Assembly: GCA_038087875.1 (NCBI GenBank)
Contig: CM075992.1
Coordinates: forward strand, 7,566,001-7,630,000
DNA length: 64,000 nucleotides
From: Malacoraja senta
Lineage: Eukaryota
Direction: 5' to 3'
The stretch's first letter is position 1; each line of letters begins with the position of its first letter. The translations under genes and the position numbers were made by a program. Below the pieces are notes generated by a model. It ran no database searches. It saw only the letters and a list, made by a program, of their open reading frames with translations, and was not told where the DNA came from. Of this stretch, positions 37,132 to 51,598 are shown piece by piece.

Positions 37132-38084
37132 GTCCCCATATGTGTGAGATCCGTAATATTAGGCCCAGTTAGCTCTCAGCTGCATGGTCCAGAAAGTGAC
37201 ACACTCACAATATAATGACAATTTCTGTGGGGTGAGGAAATCTCCCTTTAGCTATAGACTCAAAAAGAATGAATATAGCCCCTCAACCCAACCTGCCCAT
37301 GCTAAACATGATGCCCCATCTTCACTAGTCCCACCTGCTCGCTTTTGGCCCATATCCCTCTAAACCTTTCCTGTCCACGTACCCGTCCAATTGTCTTTTA
37401 CATTTGGGCATTCAAAGGACAAAGGACATTTATGGTCACATACACCATTTCTGGTGTAGTGAAATTTGAGTTGCCATTCAGCATTTATATATAATATTCG
37501 GCAACATTCCCACCCTCGGATCTCCTGTTAGTAACTCCCTGTATGTCTGGCATTGACTAGAAGCTTGTCCAGACAGACCAGGAAAATACCACAGCTAGAA
37601 CAGATTGGGGATAGGGGATTCTGCAGTGAGTGACTCATTTCCCAACTCCCCCAGAACCCTCCCCCTATTCACCAGGTCAGTAGTAACTGAACACTAGACA
37701 CTGCATGAGTGCAAAGCTGTATTCCTGGGTAAATTATGGTGCTGCCATTTGGCCTAGGGACAAGACAGCGTCCACCATTATGGTTCCATGTCCCAGAGAG
37801 TCGGCCGGAATGGTACCATTCAGCGCCGCTGTTTCGGCGCATCCGATCTTTTGCTAATTCATCTAGGGTTAGGGTTAGCGCATTTAAAATATTGTCCAAA
37901 ACGGAGGCAAATTGCCCTTTGAATTGCTGAGGTTCAGAGGTATTTATGTATTGATCTTTGATGCTGGATACCTAACGATGGGCTTTCCAGGATACCTAAC
38001 GATGGGTTTTCCTGGAAGCTGAGGATCAGTAGCCCTTCGGTTTGTTTACCTCATATTTTGCTATTAGCCTTTTGCCTCTTGCAG

Positions 38085-38196
38085 GAAGGACGAATTTGTG
38101 GATCTCTACAAAGATTTTGAGCCGAGCCTGGTGAACAGTACTGTCTACATCATGTCCATGGCAATGCAGATGGCCACTTTTGCCATCAACTACAAG
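38085..38196 (+). CDS. ATP13A1: ATP13A1 exon (TM8)
   Basis: ttgcag|G AAG...TAC AAG|gtaaga; [37 protein letters not shown]. Confidence 0.96.
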
Positions 38197-38968
38197 GTAA
38201 GAGGAGCAGATGGTGTCATGTCCGGGGCTGCTCGATCAGTACAGAGGGTGGTAGAGATGACACTGAATTGCCACTCAACTTCGGCATCTCAGTGGCTTCT
38301 GAGGGTGGTTCTCTGGTCACTGGCTGGATGTGTCATTCATCCTTTGCCAACGAGCCTTGTCTAGGACAATGAGGTCTGTTGTGATTTCTTGCCTGATAGA
38401 ACATAGAACGGTACGGCACAAGAACGGGACCCTTGGCCCATGATGTTTGTACCTAACATGATGCCAAGTTAAACTGATCTCATCTACCTGTACATGATCC
38501 ATAATCCCTCAATTCTCTGCACTTCCATGTGCCTATCCAAAAGCCTCTTCAATGTCACCATCCAATCTGCCTCAACCACCACCCCTGGCAGCCCGTTCCA
38601 GACCCACTCTGTGCATTTAAACATAAAACCTGCTTGCCGCACCTCCATTAAACTTTCCCCTTCTTACTTTATACCTATGCCCTTTAGTGTTGGACATTTC
38701 CACCCTGGGGAAAAAGATTCTGTCTACCCTATCTATGCCTCTCATAATTTTATATACTTCTATCAAGTCTACCCTCAACCAGAGAAAACAGTTCTAGTCT
38801 ATCCAACCGCTCCCTGTAGGTGAAGCCCTCTTATCCAGGAAGCATTGTGGTAAGCCTACTCTGCGTCTTTCCAAAGCCTCCACATCTCTCCTGTTACAGG
38901 GTGACTAGAACTGCACGCAATACTTCCAATATTGCCTGATGTTAAGCTTGAGCTGTGTGCACTTTCAG

Positions 38969-39112
38969 GGCCACCCGTTCATGGAGAGCCTGAGGGAGAA
39001 CAAGCCTTTGCTGTGGAGTATTGTCATCTCTGGCCTCGCCATTGTGGGCCTGCTCACCGGCTCCTCGCCAGAGTTCAACCAACAGTTCGGGCTGGTGGAT
39101 ATCCCGATGGAG
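38969..39112 (+). CDS. ATP13A1: ATP13A1 exon (TM9)
   Basis: tttcag|GGC...ATG GAG|gtacga; GHPFMESLRENKPLLWS...SSPEFNQQFGLVDIPME. Confidence 0.96.
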
Positions 39113-40221
39113 GTACGAATGCCAAGCCCAGTCACATTGGGTGCGCCTCTCGCAAGGTCCACAGCAACGCGACTGAGAGTCATTGAGTTTCATGCGGTAT
39201 TGGGGCAAGGTGGACGGGAGAGCTCCCTTTGATCTTCGAGCAGGAGCAGTGGACTAGAATTTTATTTCCCGCGATATTGGGGATGAAAGTGGATTAGGGA
39301 TGCTGTTGAAGTCAGAGTACCTGTAGAGGGGATGTTTTGCTCGCAGCAGGTGGGTGGTGGAAGAGTTAAAAGCGGCTGATTTCAGGCCTTGTGCGACGAG
39401 GGTAGATGATCATTACCCAATGAGACCCAATTTAACAAAGTCTGGAATGGTTTATGAAAACTGAACGAGATTGCAGACTAAGGAACATCACTGACTTGAA
39501 GGGGAAGTTGGAGGGTTTCTGCATGCTGAGCCATTGAAGCAGAGACGTTAACATAACAGGAGGAGAGGAAAATGGTTTCAGTAGTTTAACGCCAGTGCTG
39601 GTGAGATGGAGTCCCCTGCCTTTCAATTCCCTGAAACTAGTGGCGGGAACCTGCGTGTGTGTTTATTTCCAGCCCCCACAAGCCCATTTTCCGCCGCCAA
39701 TGTCAGGAGGTCGGGATGGAACCTGGGTGTCTGGTGCTGTGAGGCTGTGACTCTACCAGCCTCACCATTCTGCTGCCCTACAATGGTTAACCATATTCTC
39801 AACCTGTTCTCGGCCTTAGCTAAATGATTGTTGTCAAAACAGTTATTCAATAGATTGTAGCTGCAAATGATTCGTTTAGTCACAGGCCCGTCACCCCACT
39901 GAGTCCGTGCCGACCAGCGATCCCCATACACTAGCACTATCCTGCACACTAGGGCCAATTTTTTTTTACCAAAGCCAATTAACCTACAAACCTGTGCATC
40001 TTTGTAGTGTGGGAGGAACCCAGAGAAAACCCACGCAATCACAGGATGAACGCACAAACTCCGTACAGGCAGCACCGTAGTCAGGATTGAACCCAGGTCT
40101 CTGGCGCTGTGAGGCAGCAACTCTACCGCTGCACCACACTGCTGTTTGTCATTGACTGTGGCTGGATAGGGAGAGAGGTTGTCAAACTGGCACAAGTCTG
40201 ATTCCTGGTTTCTTTGTGCAG

Positions 40222-40332
40222 CTGAAGATGGTGATTGCGGGAGTGCTGCTGGTTGACTTCCTGGTGGCACTGGGGATCGACCGAACGCTGCAGGCGTTGC
40301 TGGGCAGCAGCAGATTCCGCGTGCCTTCCTGA
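40222..40332 (+). CDS. ATP13A1: ATP13A1 last coding exon (TM10, stop)
   Basis: gtgcag|CTG AAG ATG...CCT TCC TGA; LKMVIAGVLLVDFLVALGIDRTLQALLGSSRFRVPS*, ending VPS like the human protein. Confidence 0.95.
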   Translation: MKMVIAGVLLVDFLVALGIDRTLQALLGSSRFRVPS

Positions 40333-40541
40333 TGACTGCGCTGGCGGCTGGACCTACCTGATCTCACCACACCGGTCCACGGCTGTGCTCCCCGGCAGGG
40401 GAATGCAGGGTGGCAGCGGCTGAGCAAAGAGCCACTCCCCGCAGGTGGACTTTTAACTCGCCAACGGTTTTCTTAGATGGCTTTTGATACAAAAAGACTG
40501 GTATTTTCATACCCAAACAAACAATTTGGAGGTGAGGAAAT

Positions 40542-40547
40542 AATAAA
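40542..40547 (+). terminator. Candidate ATP13A1 polyadenylation signal
   Basis: AATAAA about 210 nt after the stop, followed by GT-rich sequence (gtgtttgtg); a second AATAAA lies at 41177-41182. Confidence 0.6.
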
Positions 40548-43500
40548 TCCATGTGCAATCTGAGAGTGTTTGTGAATTCTGAGCCATGGAATGTGAAATT
40601 TTCATTCATGCTACTAGGCTTTTGTTTTGTAAAACACATCATGATCAATGTCTTGAATGGATTTCTTTAACGGAAAGCTGAAGGATTTGCTTGTTAATTT
40701 ATCTTCAGCCAGACCCGGTTGCTGAGGCCTGAAATATTGCACGAGATGAAGAACACGATTTTACACTAAGATTGTGCATGCCTCCAACTTGGGGCCTTTT
40801 ATCCACCTGCCACTCCACGGTCCCCTGTTGAAGGGTGAGCCTTCAGCCATTCAGGCTCTGAGGCTCTGGAATTCTCCCCCTCCAGGAGGGAAAACAATCA
40901 TTTAAGGTGCAGCTGAAAAGCTTATCTCTGACGTGTGGCTAAGTCACATTTTGAAATGTTTTGCAATATAAAGGCAGCAAGTTGTCTGCTCTTTCCTGGT
41001 ATATATATATTCTCCACATAAGCCCAGACCCTTGCGTCTCGGTCTCCTTGTGTGATGTGCAGTAGCTGGCATAGGTTTTGACCCTGAGGAAGTGTGCCTC
41101 CCAGCTCATGCAGCAGATACTGATGCCTTGCAATGAGCCTATTTGTTCACCAGCTGTTTCACACAACATTTTCCAGAATAAAACATTTGGGTCGGGCAGC
41201 GTTGGTTTAGAAGGATTATGGATTCAGGCTAGCAACTTAACACACTCCAAAGTTCAGCTTCAGGTTAAGATCAGGTGCTACTGAAAGCTGGACGATTTGA
41301 TTTTTAATGAACCAAGACTACTTTACCACAGCACTTTTCTCACCTCGTGGTGCCCCAACGCATTGTTACAGAGCAGACAATTTGTGTACTATGCAATGGC
41401 CAGGTGATGTGTTGGAATTCTGAATTCTAGAGAATTCTGAACACTGAAATGGGACACTTTACAGGTAATTGAGTTTCAACTTTTCTCAAAGGAAGCTGCC
41501 AGATAGCGAGGCGTTACTTCCCTCAGCAGTGGAGTTGGCCCAAGAACAAGACTAATTTCCCTCTGGTTTATATTTTCATACAAGTTCACTGTCAAATGCC
41601 GATTGCTCTGTATGCACATGTTGTTTGGCACGGCATCCTTCATAATAGCAATCAATGCCTGTTCCCAAAATAGACTGATCTTTCCCTTCCCACTAGCCGT
41701 CCCTGTCTCTCCAGCTACTGTACCTTCTCGGTGAATTCAGATCATCCTTTTGCACCTACTTTATCCTTGCAAACCACCATTCCATCTCCCCCCACTCTTC
41801 CAAGTCCTGATCATTTTCTCCTTTCAAAATGTACAGATTTCCTCAATTCAACGTTTGATTTTTCAACAGCAACCCAGTTATCTGTCATGAGGTGAATAGA
41901 CTATGATCCTTGTAATTATTAATGCTGCTGTATGGTCTTTAACATGTTTTGCTCTAGCATTCTCTTCTAAAGCCTCTCCATTATCCATCTGAATAGGGTT
42001 GCCTGTGTTTACTCCTGCCCCACAAAATCTTTAACACTGACTTTGTTTTCCTATAGCAACATTATCATTTGAGTCCCCAAAAATCTATTGTCCTCCTTTC
42101 TGTATATTCCTGCTTGAAAATACCCATCCAAGTGTATATTTACAACATCCAACTCTCCCTTGCCTCCGCCCATGGTTCTCACTATTAGTTATGTTGCTCG
42201 ACTTCCTGATGTGTAGTTATGGATTGTTGTTAAGATTGCTACCAAAGCATGAATTTATATAGCAGCCCAACTGGGATAAAACCTTGCAAGGTGCTTCACA
42301 AAAACAAGGTCCATAAAACATTGTCACTGAACCACACAAGGACTGTTTCAGAATTATTGGCCAAATTATTTGGTTCAAAAGTGTGCTTTGAAAGAAGTTG
42401 TAATGTGTTTGGGGAAAGTCAAAGCTTTGGCCCTTGGTACTCAACCTTTGTCCTCCAATGCAGGAGCAGGTGAACTTGGTAATGTGCAAGATACCAGGAA
42501 TGGAGTAATGCAAAACATGAGAGAACTAGTGCTGAAAAGGGGTTAGTGATTGGGTGATGGCATTAGAAGGATTGATAACAAATGGCAATAATAAAGGAAA
42601 GATGGCACCTCGGACAGCCCCAAACTTGGAAATGTTAGTCTGTTTGCAGCAGTATTAAATGGGCTGCACTATAAGCAAGAACTGAGTGGGGAGCGACGCA
42701 AGGGATTGAATGGGGAGGAGAAATGGAAAGGAACAAAGTACATATTTGTAGTGGATTATAACCGTGGGAAGAATAGTCTGTGGTTTACAGGCTGGATCAT
42801 TAAGAATTTAACCCTTTGTTGGAAATCCCAGCCAGACGACAGGAAAGATGTTGATGTGGTTAACTGCATAAAATGTCCAAAGATCATGTGCTGAGCATCC
42901 ATCACTGTCCCTTATCGCTAACTCCAAAGCAGTCTGAAACGTTAAACATGGTTGGCATCTGTTTGATCCTGAGCGAAGCTTCTGTCCTTGTATCTTCGTC
43001 ATCGAGACAATGCACTTTCACTTCTGTCTACCATTACCAATTTCTCCCCCTGTTCTATCCACCCATTCACTGCCAAGACCTGAAGTCGTTGTCAGCAATG
43101 TTATAACATTAAAGGTTTATTAATCAGCTTCAGTTTGCTTCCGAAAATAGACACAAAATGCTGGAGCAACTCAGCGGGACAGGCAGCATCTCTGGAGAAG
43201 GAATGGGTAACGTTTCGGGTCGAGACACTTCAGATGCTGCCTGTCCCGCTGAGTTACTCCAGCTTTTTGTCTATCTTCAGTTTAAACCAGCATCTGCAGT
43301 TCTTTCCTACACATTCAGTTTGTGTCCCACAGGCCTCAAATGGAAAGTTCCAATTCCTCTCCCATGTCGGGAACTCATCCAGTCTCACAACGTAAGATTT
43401 TGACCACCTGCACAAGCAACAATTTTCTGGCGTTACCTATAAATTGGGATTTCCACCCATTTTCAAGGCACATATATTGCACTTAGCATTTTTAACCATG

Positions 43501-44036
43501 CACATTTAATCTTTGCAATCAAAGCCACAGGAAGAATTTGGTGCAGTAGACTGTTGAAATGCAGTCTGTTTTTAGTCATGGGATGTTATGCTGGTGACGA
43601 CGTCTGTTGTTGTGCCTGAAAACAATGGAATTGCCAGCAGATGGGTTGGGAGAAAGTTGAATCTTTCAAAGAATTGTTTAGACAAACATACATTCAGCCA
43701 GTGCTGAATTGCTGCCAAATAAACCCACTTTCCTGGCGTGGAATCAATTGTACAGATGAATTAAATATTAGGAGCAGATCTTGAATTTCACAAAAAATCA
43801 TTTTGTGTTCTTGGTGAACATTTCCATTCAGTTTTGCCACGTCAGCTTTAATGTAACTTATTGGTTCTGGGCAGTGTTCTCCACAGTTTAGAGAAACAGA
43901 ACCTTCGACCCACCGAGTAAATACTGACCATTGATCACCCACACACGAGTTCCATGTTATCCCACTTTTGCATCCTATGCACGAGGACCATCTTCAACCA
44001 TTGTGCCTTTGTTAAAAACTTTAGCCATCAAATTAA

Positions 44037-44225
44037 AGGGCCTGTCCCACTTTCACGACTTTTTTTTTACCCGTGGACATTTTTCATCAGGCTAGAAAAA
44101 TGCCCCGACCTACTTGATGCCACGAGTACCTTCGACTAGCATCACGGCCTGCTACGACCGCGTGACGAGTCAAGGGCAAACTCGGCAGAGCTTGTGAATT
44201 AGGTCATGAAAGTGGGACAGGCCCT
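44037..44225. mobile_element. PIF/Harbinger-like MITE, ~190-bp subfamily
   Basis: AGGGCCTGTCCCACTTTCA.../...TGAAAGTGGGACAGGCCCT with a perfect TAA TSD. Confidence 0.87.
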
Positions 44226-47200
44226 TAACATGGGACATTCCAAACGTAACTATCTTACACGCTAAATATTAGCCAAATTATGTACTTTAAGTGCGTTCAC
44301 TGCGAAATACAAAAGCCAGTTTGATCACAGCAAGTTCCTGCAATTTATATTCATCTTCGATGGTCTTCCCTGAGAGATGTTGCCCAGCATCTCCCGGCTC
44401 CTTCCTATAAGAATTCTGAGGTCCACTTGAGAAGATGGTTCCCCAATTTATCATCTCTTCTGCAAAGCTGACATCTTGGGTAATGCAGCATTTCCTCTAC
44501 TGAACTAAAATGGCAGCTCATAATTTGTGCTCTGATTTATAGGCTGGGTCTTGAATGCACAATCTTCCTATGTGGGTGGAGGTGCTACATTTAAATAATA
44601 CTTGAAAAATGACACAATCAATGGGGATAATTTTGAATGCGAAATCACTGCAATTGCAGCCATTATTCAGTGCTAGTACCAGCCCACAACACTGGCGCTG
44701 AGGGAGAATGATTGAACTAAGTGTGGCTTGTTAATCGAGCACCTGAACTGACTCATGATTTCCTAACCGTTGTCTGACTTTTACAAGGCTGTTGGATTGA
44801 ATAATCAAGCATGAAGTTCTTTCCCCAAGTTCAAATAACTACTGTTTGAATTTGGGTAGAACATCTTCCCTCCATTTGGTCTTTCAAGTACTTAGGCTTT
44901 TGTAAGTTTGAGTTGTACAACAGGAAACTGACCATTTGTCCAACCCATCTACACTGACTTGTCAGCACTCAGTGTATTAATCCCATTTTCAGCACCTGGC
45001 CTGTAGCTTTCTATAGCTGGGTAATAATGCTAGTGCTTTTATAGTGCTTTTTTAGGTTGTCATCAACTCGGCTTCCATTCCTCTATGTGGCATCTCTACA
45101 GAATTCTACAGAATGTAATTCCAGTCTGCTCAGTCACGCCTCACTGACAAATTCACAATCCATGGCGTACATTTTATAATGTCCATTTCTGGCCTTACTA
45201 AGGCTCTGTCGAAAGATATTGAGACATCTGAAATCAATCTCACTTGTAATGAAGATCAATATAACATCAAATTAGATGAAGAATGGTTTGGAAGAGATCT
45301 AACTGGAGCACAAGCATTGGCATGGTATGTGGGTGAAGTGGCTCATTCCTATATTATCACCGATGTGGCTTCACTTCAATATTTCCAACAATTTTGATTT
45401 CAGATTTCATAATATTTTGGTTGTTTTTCTTGATAACCTCAGATGAACAAGTTTGTTGCATGTACCGAGGTACAGTGAAACGTAAAGATAGGCGTAACTC
45501 AGCGGGTCAGACAGCATCTCTGGAGAAAAGGATTAGGTGATCCTTCTTCAGACGGGGGCAGTTCCTTCCTACAGTGAAAAGCTATTGCAATCAGACTGAT
45601 ATCTATGCCCCTAGTTCAACAGTATGGGCTGCATTTAACCTCTGATACGAGACACCATTTCCATCCCAACTGAAAAAACATATCTTTTGTTACTCTTCCT
45701 GGAATTTCTTGCAAGAATGTTCATATAAAGACATTTCTAAATAGCTGCTGTATACAGGTTTCCTCTGAAAATCCTGATGAAGCTGCATCAACTTCCAGTG
45801 CTTTATGAAGTCTATTATAGTCTGCCAATTATGCTTTGCCAACTTGCCAGGATTATAAGATTGAGTTCACCAGAAGTGTTAAATTCATGAGAAAAATTAT
45901 CAGTAAGGGTGCCAGGGGTTATGGGGAGAAGGCAATTGAAAGGGAAAAATAGATTAGCCATAATTGAATGGCAGAGTAGACGATGGGCAGAATGGCCTAG
46001 CTCTGCTTCTAATAATTATGAACTTAAATATTTCATGTTTTATGCATTCTTTACTCTGCATAAGTTTTAAAATAGGTGTGCCTGAGGCAAGGACAATTTG
46101 ACCAGATTATTTATGTGAAGACTGCATCCAATTGAAATTGTCAAATGTACTCAATCTTAAGAATCTTAAGCAGCTTCTCTGGAGAGAAGAAATGGGTGAC
46201 GTTTCAGGTCGAGACCTGATGAATCTGCACAAAGGCAACCTCAGTGTACAATGGGAAGTTAAAGTCGTTCACTGGTATAATCCTATTGCTCTTACACCTT
46301 TGTGATTTACCTGCATACTAATGTTCAGTGGTGGGGATCTTGTTCCACTGCAGCATTAGTTTTGCTTAGTTGTAACATCTCTACTAAAGCCTCAGCACCA
46401 CGCTCAGATTTTCTAGCTGTTTGATACCGAAGCTCCTACCCCCACTTTCCATGAAGTCATGGATTCAGTTCTCAACAGTTGCCACTCTGCATGAGAACAC
46501 AGGCTGGCAGCATTAGTCTTGACAAAGAGGGAACATAGCCAGGTCAGCAATATGCTTCAGTTTGTATTCAATAGGATCTCTGGCCAGCGTTCTAAAACAC
46601 AAATGACTGAAAGTTCCCCTTACCCCAAGATGGTGATATCCCTTGTAAGGCCTGGTCAAGATCAGCTCACATGCACACCACAAAAGTTAGTGATGGGGAA
46701 CTTTCTCCTGGTCTACAGTGTTGAGGTACAGTAAAATGCATTTGAGGTTCTCTCCATCTATGACTCAATTATTAATCTAGGGACACAATTATACTTGCGA
46801 TTGAATAACTGAAAAGTGAAAATTACAAAGTGAGTGCTTATTTTATGCAACTTTAATAATGATTAAAACCTGGTTTTTGTAAACCACAAAGTTTAAAATG
46901 AAACAGATTAAGAAAGTGATTCTCATAGCACAGGTGTATAGGAAAGTGTACAACTTCAGGTAATCTACAGGTTGAACATTCATCTTTAGACTTTTGAGTG
47001 TATTGTTAATGTAATTTACCCCAACTGGTCTCATGATTGATTCCAACATTAAACCCAAACTGTGAGGGTTGAATAAAGCAGAACTACTGATGTACTGACA
47101 AACTCAGCGACAATTGCGGGACCCGGGGTTGATTGGGTCTTGTTCATGAGTTTAGGTCAGAGCAGGTAATTGGGTAAGCTAAGCCTGCTGCGGTCCCCAT

Positions 47201-47762
47201 GCTGTGCACATGTAGAATCAATTCCTTGGACAGGAGATTTTAATAAACAGCATCAAATTAAGCAGGTTGTATAAATCGTTCCTGATTCATTTTAATTACA
47301 TCAAACTGCTTCACATCCTGCCTTGATACACCAGCCAGCTGGCAATGAAAGCAAAGGCCTCACTATAAATGTTCCAAATGGCACCCACACATTCCCCTCC
47401 CCTCCACCTTACATATTGCCTTACTTTGCAATCTTATTCTCCATCTAAACTACCCAAACTCCCTCACTTATTCTACTATTCTAGTTACATATGGAGTTCC
47501 CACTACATAAATGACCCTACTCAATTATAGGACCTGCAGTAATTAAGATGTTTCAGCAGCAATGCACAGACTCGTTTGCCCTTGAATTCATTTACCAAAT
47601 ATAAAATTGTGGCTATTGCGGCCATTGTGTGTTCTAGTGAAGGAGTTTAGTTAAATATTGCAGTGATACCAAAACACAATTCAATGGCTTTTATCCGAAG
47701 TCATGGGTAAGAATCCGTGGTGAGTGAGAAGGCTGCATCTTGGACTGGCACTGATCCATGCA

Positions 47763-47825
47763 CTAGGAGGCTGTTGGAGGGAGTCTAGCAGCTGCAGTCT
47801 TCTCCGTCATGAAACTGTAGTTATA
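47763..47825 (-). CDS. MVB12A: MVB12A last coding exon (stop)
   Basis: ttcattttag|TAT AAC...TCC [23 protein letters not shown], compare human [20 protein letters not shown]. Confidence 0.94.
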   Translation of the reverse strand, partial: [20 protein letters not shown]

Positions 47826-50297
47826 CTAAAATGAAAAGAATATGATATATATTAGCGGAAACTTTCATTTGCCTCAAGGTTTACACGTATCTATGTGGGG
47901 CAAACACAGCCTCTTCCATGGGAAAGTTGATGGGAACTGTTCAGATACCACAACCGGCCTTAATCAAGTTTGAAGGGGAATGCATAGAGAGATATCTTGA
48001 AACACTGAGTGAAGATGGAATCCAGCTCTAATCAAATAACCCATCTCTGATCGTCATTGTCTGAAACAAATGTAGTGCCACCTGAGAACACAAATCCACA
48101 GCTAAGGGAAAAGCTGAAGCAAACGAGATCTTCAATAACAGAAGAGACAAAGTGCTGAAGTAACTCAGCAGATTAGGCAGCATTTATTTGGTTAACCAGC
48201 ATCTGCAGTTCCTTGTACCTCAAGATCAATTTTTCTTCAAATATTCAAGAGTTAACAAATGTTGGGAAGTTATGCCAAACATTTTTTTAAAGGTCTGCCT
48301 CAACTGGAGTTTTATACTAAAATTCACTATAGGGTTGATGCAAAGGCATTTATAGAGTGCTCAAAAAAGATTCACAAGAAGGATTCCTGGGGATAGTCGT
48401 TTAAAAAAAAAAAAAAAGACTGCTGGAGTAACTCAGCAGGTCAAGCAGTGTCTCTGGAGAACACGGATAGGTGACATTTCGGATTGGGACCCTTCTTCAG
48501 TAACTGGTATGGTGCGGGGGGAGAAGAAGAAAGCTGGAAGACAGAAGGAGACCAAGTGCAAATATTCGGCAAAATAGGCAGCGAGTGTATGCTTGGTCTC
48601 ACTGATGTACAGACCAACTCGGTGGGCTGAAGGGCCAGTTTCTGTGCTGTATCTTTAAACTAAACTACTTTAACCAGATTCTGGCATTTTCCCTCCAACC
48701 GACATCAGGCTATTAACCTTTAGTTCCCCTAGTTTCTCCCTCTTTCTTGAATACTGCAGTTACATGTGCTAGCTTCCAAGTGGACAGATCCTGGCTTTCT
48801 ACCTCCTTTCTAGTACCTTGGTGATGAGTTTGACTCCACTGATTGGAAACTAATCTTGCCAGAGTCCAGGGAAAAATAGATATCCATCATGAATAAATGA
48901 AGATTTGTTGTTCGATGAAAGGAAATGGATCCCAAGGCAGAGTTATCATAGACATAGTGTGGAAACAAGCCCTTTGGCCCATCTTGCCCACACTTGCCAA
49001 CATGTCCCAGCTGCACTAGCCCCACCTAACCACATTTGGCCCATATCCCTCCAAACCTGTCCTATCCTTGTGCCTGTCTAACTGTTCTTAAATGTTGGGA
49101 TAGTCCCAGCCTCTACTACCTTCTCCGGTAGCTTGTTCCATACATCCACCACCCGTTGTGTGAAAATGTTACCCCTCAGATTCCTATTAAACCTTTTCCT
49201 CTTCACCTTAAACCTACGCCCTCTGGTCCTCGATTCACTTTGGGCAAGAGACTCTGTGTATCTGAGTTTGAGAGAGATTAAAGACAAAAAGTGGAGTAAC
49301 TCAGCAGGTCAGGCAGCTTCTCTGGAGAAAAGGAATGGGTGACGTTTCAGGTTGGAACCCTTCTTAAGACAGAAAGTAGGGGAGGGGGAGTGGAAATTAA
49401 CTTGAGGCAAGAAAAGACCGGCAACAGATGACCTCAGGAAGGGTGGAGCCCATAATGGCCCATGTTGGCCGGGGAAGATATGATAACAAGAGGGATACAA
49501 GGTTGCAGTGGAACTGGTAGGACGACTGGAGGGGGGGGGAAGAGAGGGAATGCAGGAGTTACTTGAAATTAGGGGAATCAATATTCGTACTGCTGGGTTA
49601 AGCTCAAGCTAATTATGAGAAATCAGTCTGGATACCCATGCATTTATGACGTCTCTATACACATATTTGAATTGCCCAGGCATACAAGGCTATAGGCCAA
49701 GTGCCGGAGCATAGTTTAGTTTAGAGATACAGCGCGGAAATAGGCCCTTCGGCCCACCGAGTCCTCGCTGACCAGCGATCCTCGCACATTAACACCATCC
49801 TACACCCACTAGGGACAATTTTTACATTTACCAAGCCAATCAACCTACAAACCTGTACGTCCTTGGAATGTAGGAGGAAACCAAAGATCTCGGAGAAAAC
49901 CCACACAGGTCATGGGAGAATGTACAAACTCCGTACAGACAGAACCCGTAGCCGGGATCGAACCCAGGTCTCCGGCGCTACATTCGCTGAAAGGCAGCAA
50001 CTCTACCACCGTGGCCATGGGATTAATATAACGGGTGCACACTGGACAGCATGGATATAGTGGGCCAAATGGCTGGTTTCCATGCTGCACCACAATGAAT
50101 TTTGATACATAAATGGTTCATAGAATATACAGCACTGAACAGGTTGTTCGGCCCATCTGTCTTATATAAGGTCATAAGTGATAGGAGCAGAATTAGGCCA
50201 TTCGACCCATCATGTCTACTCCGCCATTCAATCCTGGCTGATCCTAACCCCATTCTCCCTATAACCCGACACCCGTACTAATCAAGAATTTATCTAT

Positions 50298-51598
50298 GCG
50301 TACCAGGGCCCCATTCCCGACCTCTACCTCCGCTACATCGATGACTGTTTTGGTGCCACATCCTGCACCCACACACAACTGACTGACTTCATCCGCTTCA
50401 CCACCAACTTCCATCCGGCACTCAAATACACCTGGACCATTTCCGACACTTCCCTACCATTCCTTGACCTCACTATCTCCATCGCAGGTGATAGACTCCT
50501 TACCGACATCCACTACAAACCTACCGACACCCATGGCTATCTGAACTACACTTCTTCCCACCCTGCTTCCTGTAAGGACTCCATCCCCCACTCCCAATTC
50601 CTCCGTCTATGCCGCATCTGCTCCCAGGATGAGGCGTTCCACACCAGGGCATCCGAAATGTCCTCATTTTTCAAGGAACGGGGGTTCCCCTCCTCCACCA
50701 TAGATGAGGCTCGCACCAGGGTCTCTGCCATACCCCGCAACACTGCTCTCTCTCCCCATCCCCCCACTCACAACAAGGGCAGAGTCCCCCTAGTCCTCAC
50801 CTTTCACCCCACCAGCCGTCACATACAACAAGTGATCCTCCGTCAGTTTCGCCACCTCCAACGTGACCCCACCACTCACCACATCTTCCCAACTCCCCCC
50901 ACGTCTGCCTTCCGCAAAGACCGCTCCCTCTGTAACTCCCTTGTCAATTCTTCCCTTCCCTCCCGTACCACCCCCTCCCCGGGTACTTTCCCTTGCAACC
51001 GCGAGATGCAACACTTGTCCCTTCACCTCCCCCCTCGACTCCATTCAAGGACCTAAGCAGTCGTTCCAGGTGCGACAGAGGTTCACCTGCATCTCCTCCA
51101 AACTCATCTATTGCATCCGCTGCTCTAGATGCCAGCTGATCTACATCGGTGAGACCAAGCGGAGGCTCGGCGATCGTTTCGCCGAACACCTCTGGTCGGT
51201 CCGCAATAACCAACCTGACCTCCCGGTGGCTCAGCACTTCAACTCCCCCTCCCATTCCGTATCTGACCTCTCTGTCCTGGGTCTCCTCCATGGCCACAGC
51301 GAGCAACACCGGAAATTGGAGGAAATGCACCTCATATTCCGCTTGGCCAGTCTACATCCTGGGGGCTTGAACATTGAATTCTCCCAATTCTGCTAGCCCT
51401 TGCTATCCCCTCCCCTTCATCAGCCCTCTGGTTGTCTCCTCTCCTCCCCCAGCCCTCGGGCTCCTCCTCCGCCTTTTTCCATTTCTTCTCCCCACCCCCT
51501 ATCAGTCTGAAGAAGGGTTTCGGCCCGAAACGTTGCCCGTTTCCTTCGCTCCATAGATGCTGCTGCACCCGCCGAGTTTCCCCAGCATTTTTGTGTAC
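50298..51598 (+). mobile_element. 5'-truncated Penelope-like element (Neptune-like): RT C-terminus, GIY-YIG endonuclease and 3' pseudo-LTR
   Basis: Open frame from 50298 with LYLRYIDDCFG, FLDLTI and YKPT; Cys linker (C..RCNTC); LIYCIRC...YIGET GIY-YIG ending GGLN; frameshift near 51000; 15-bp TSD CAAGAATTTATCTAT (50283-50297 / 51599-51613) inside a CR1 tail. Confidence 0.92.

Noticed and set aside
37966..38012. ~26-bp tandem duplication GGATACCTAACGATGGG..
   Set aside because: Simple local duplication with no further structure.
39623..40270. 215-aa minus-strand ORF
   Set aside because: Runs through a V-SINE and the antisense of the last ATP13A1 exon; chance open frame.
45179..45397. 72-aa intergenic ORF
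   Set aside because: No recognisable homology or splice support.
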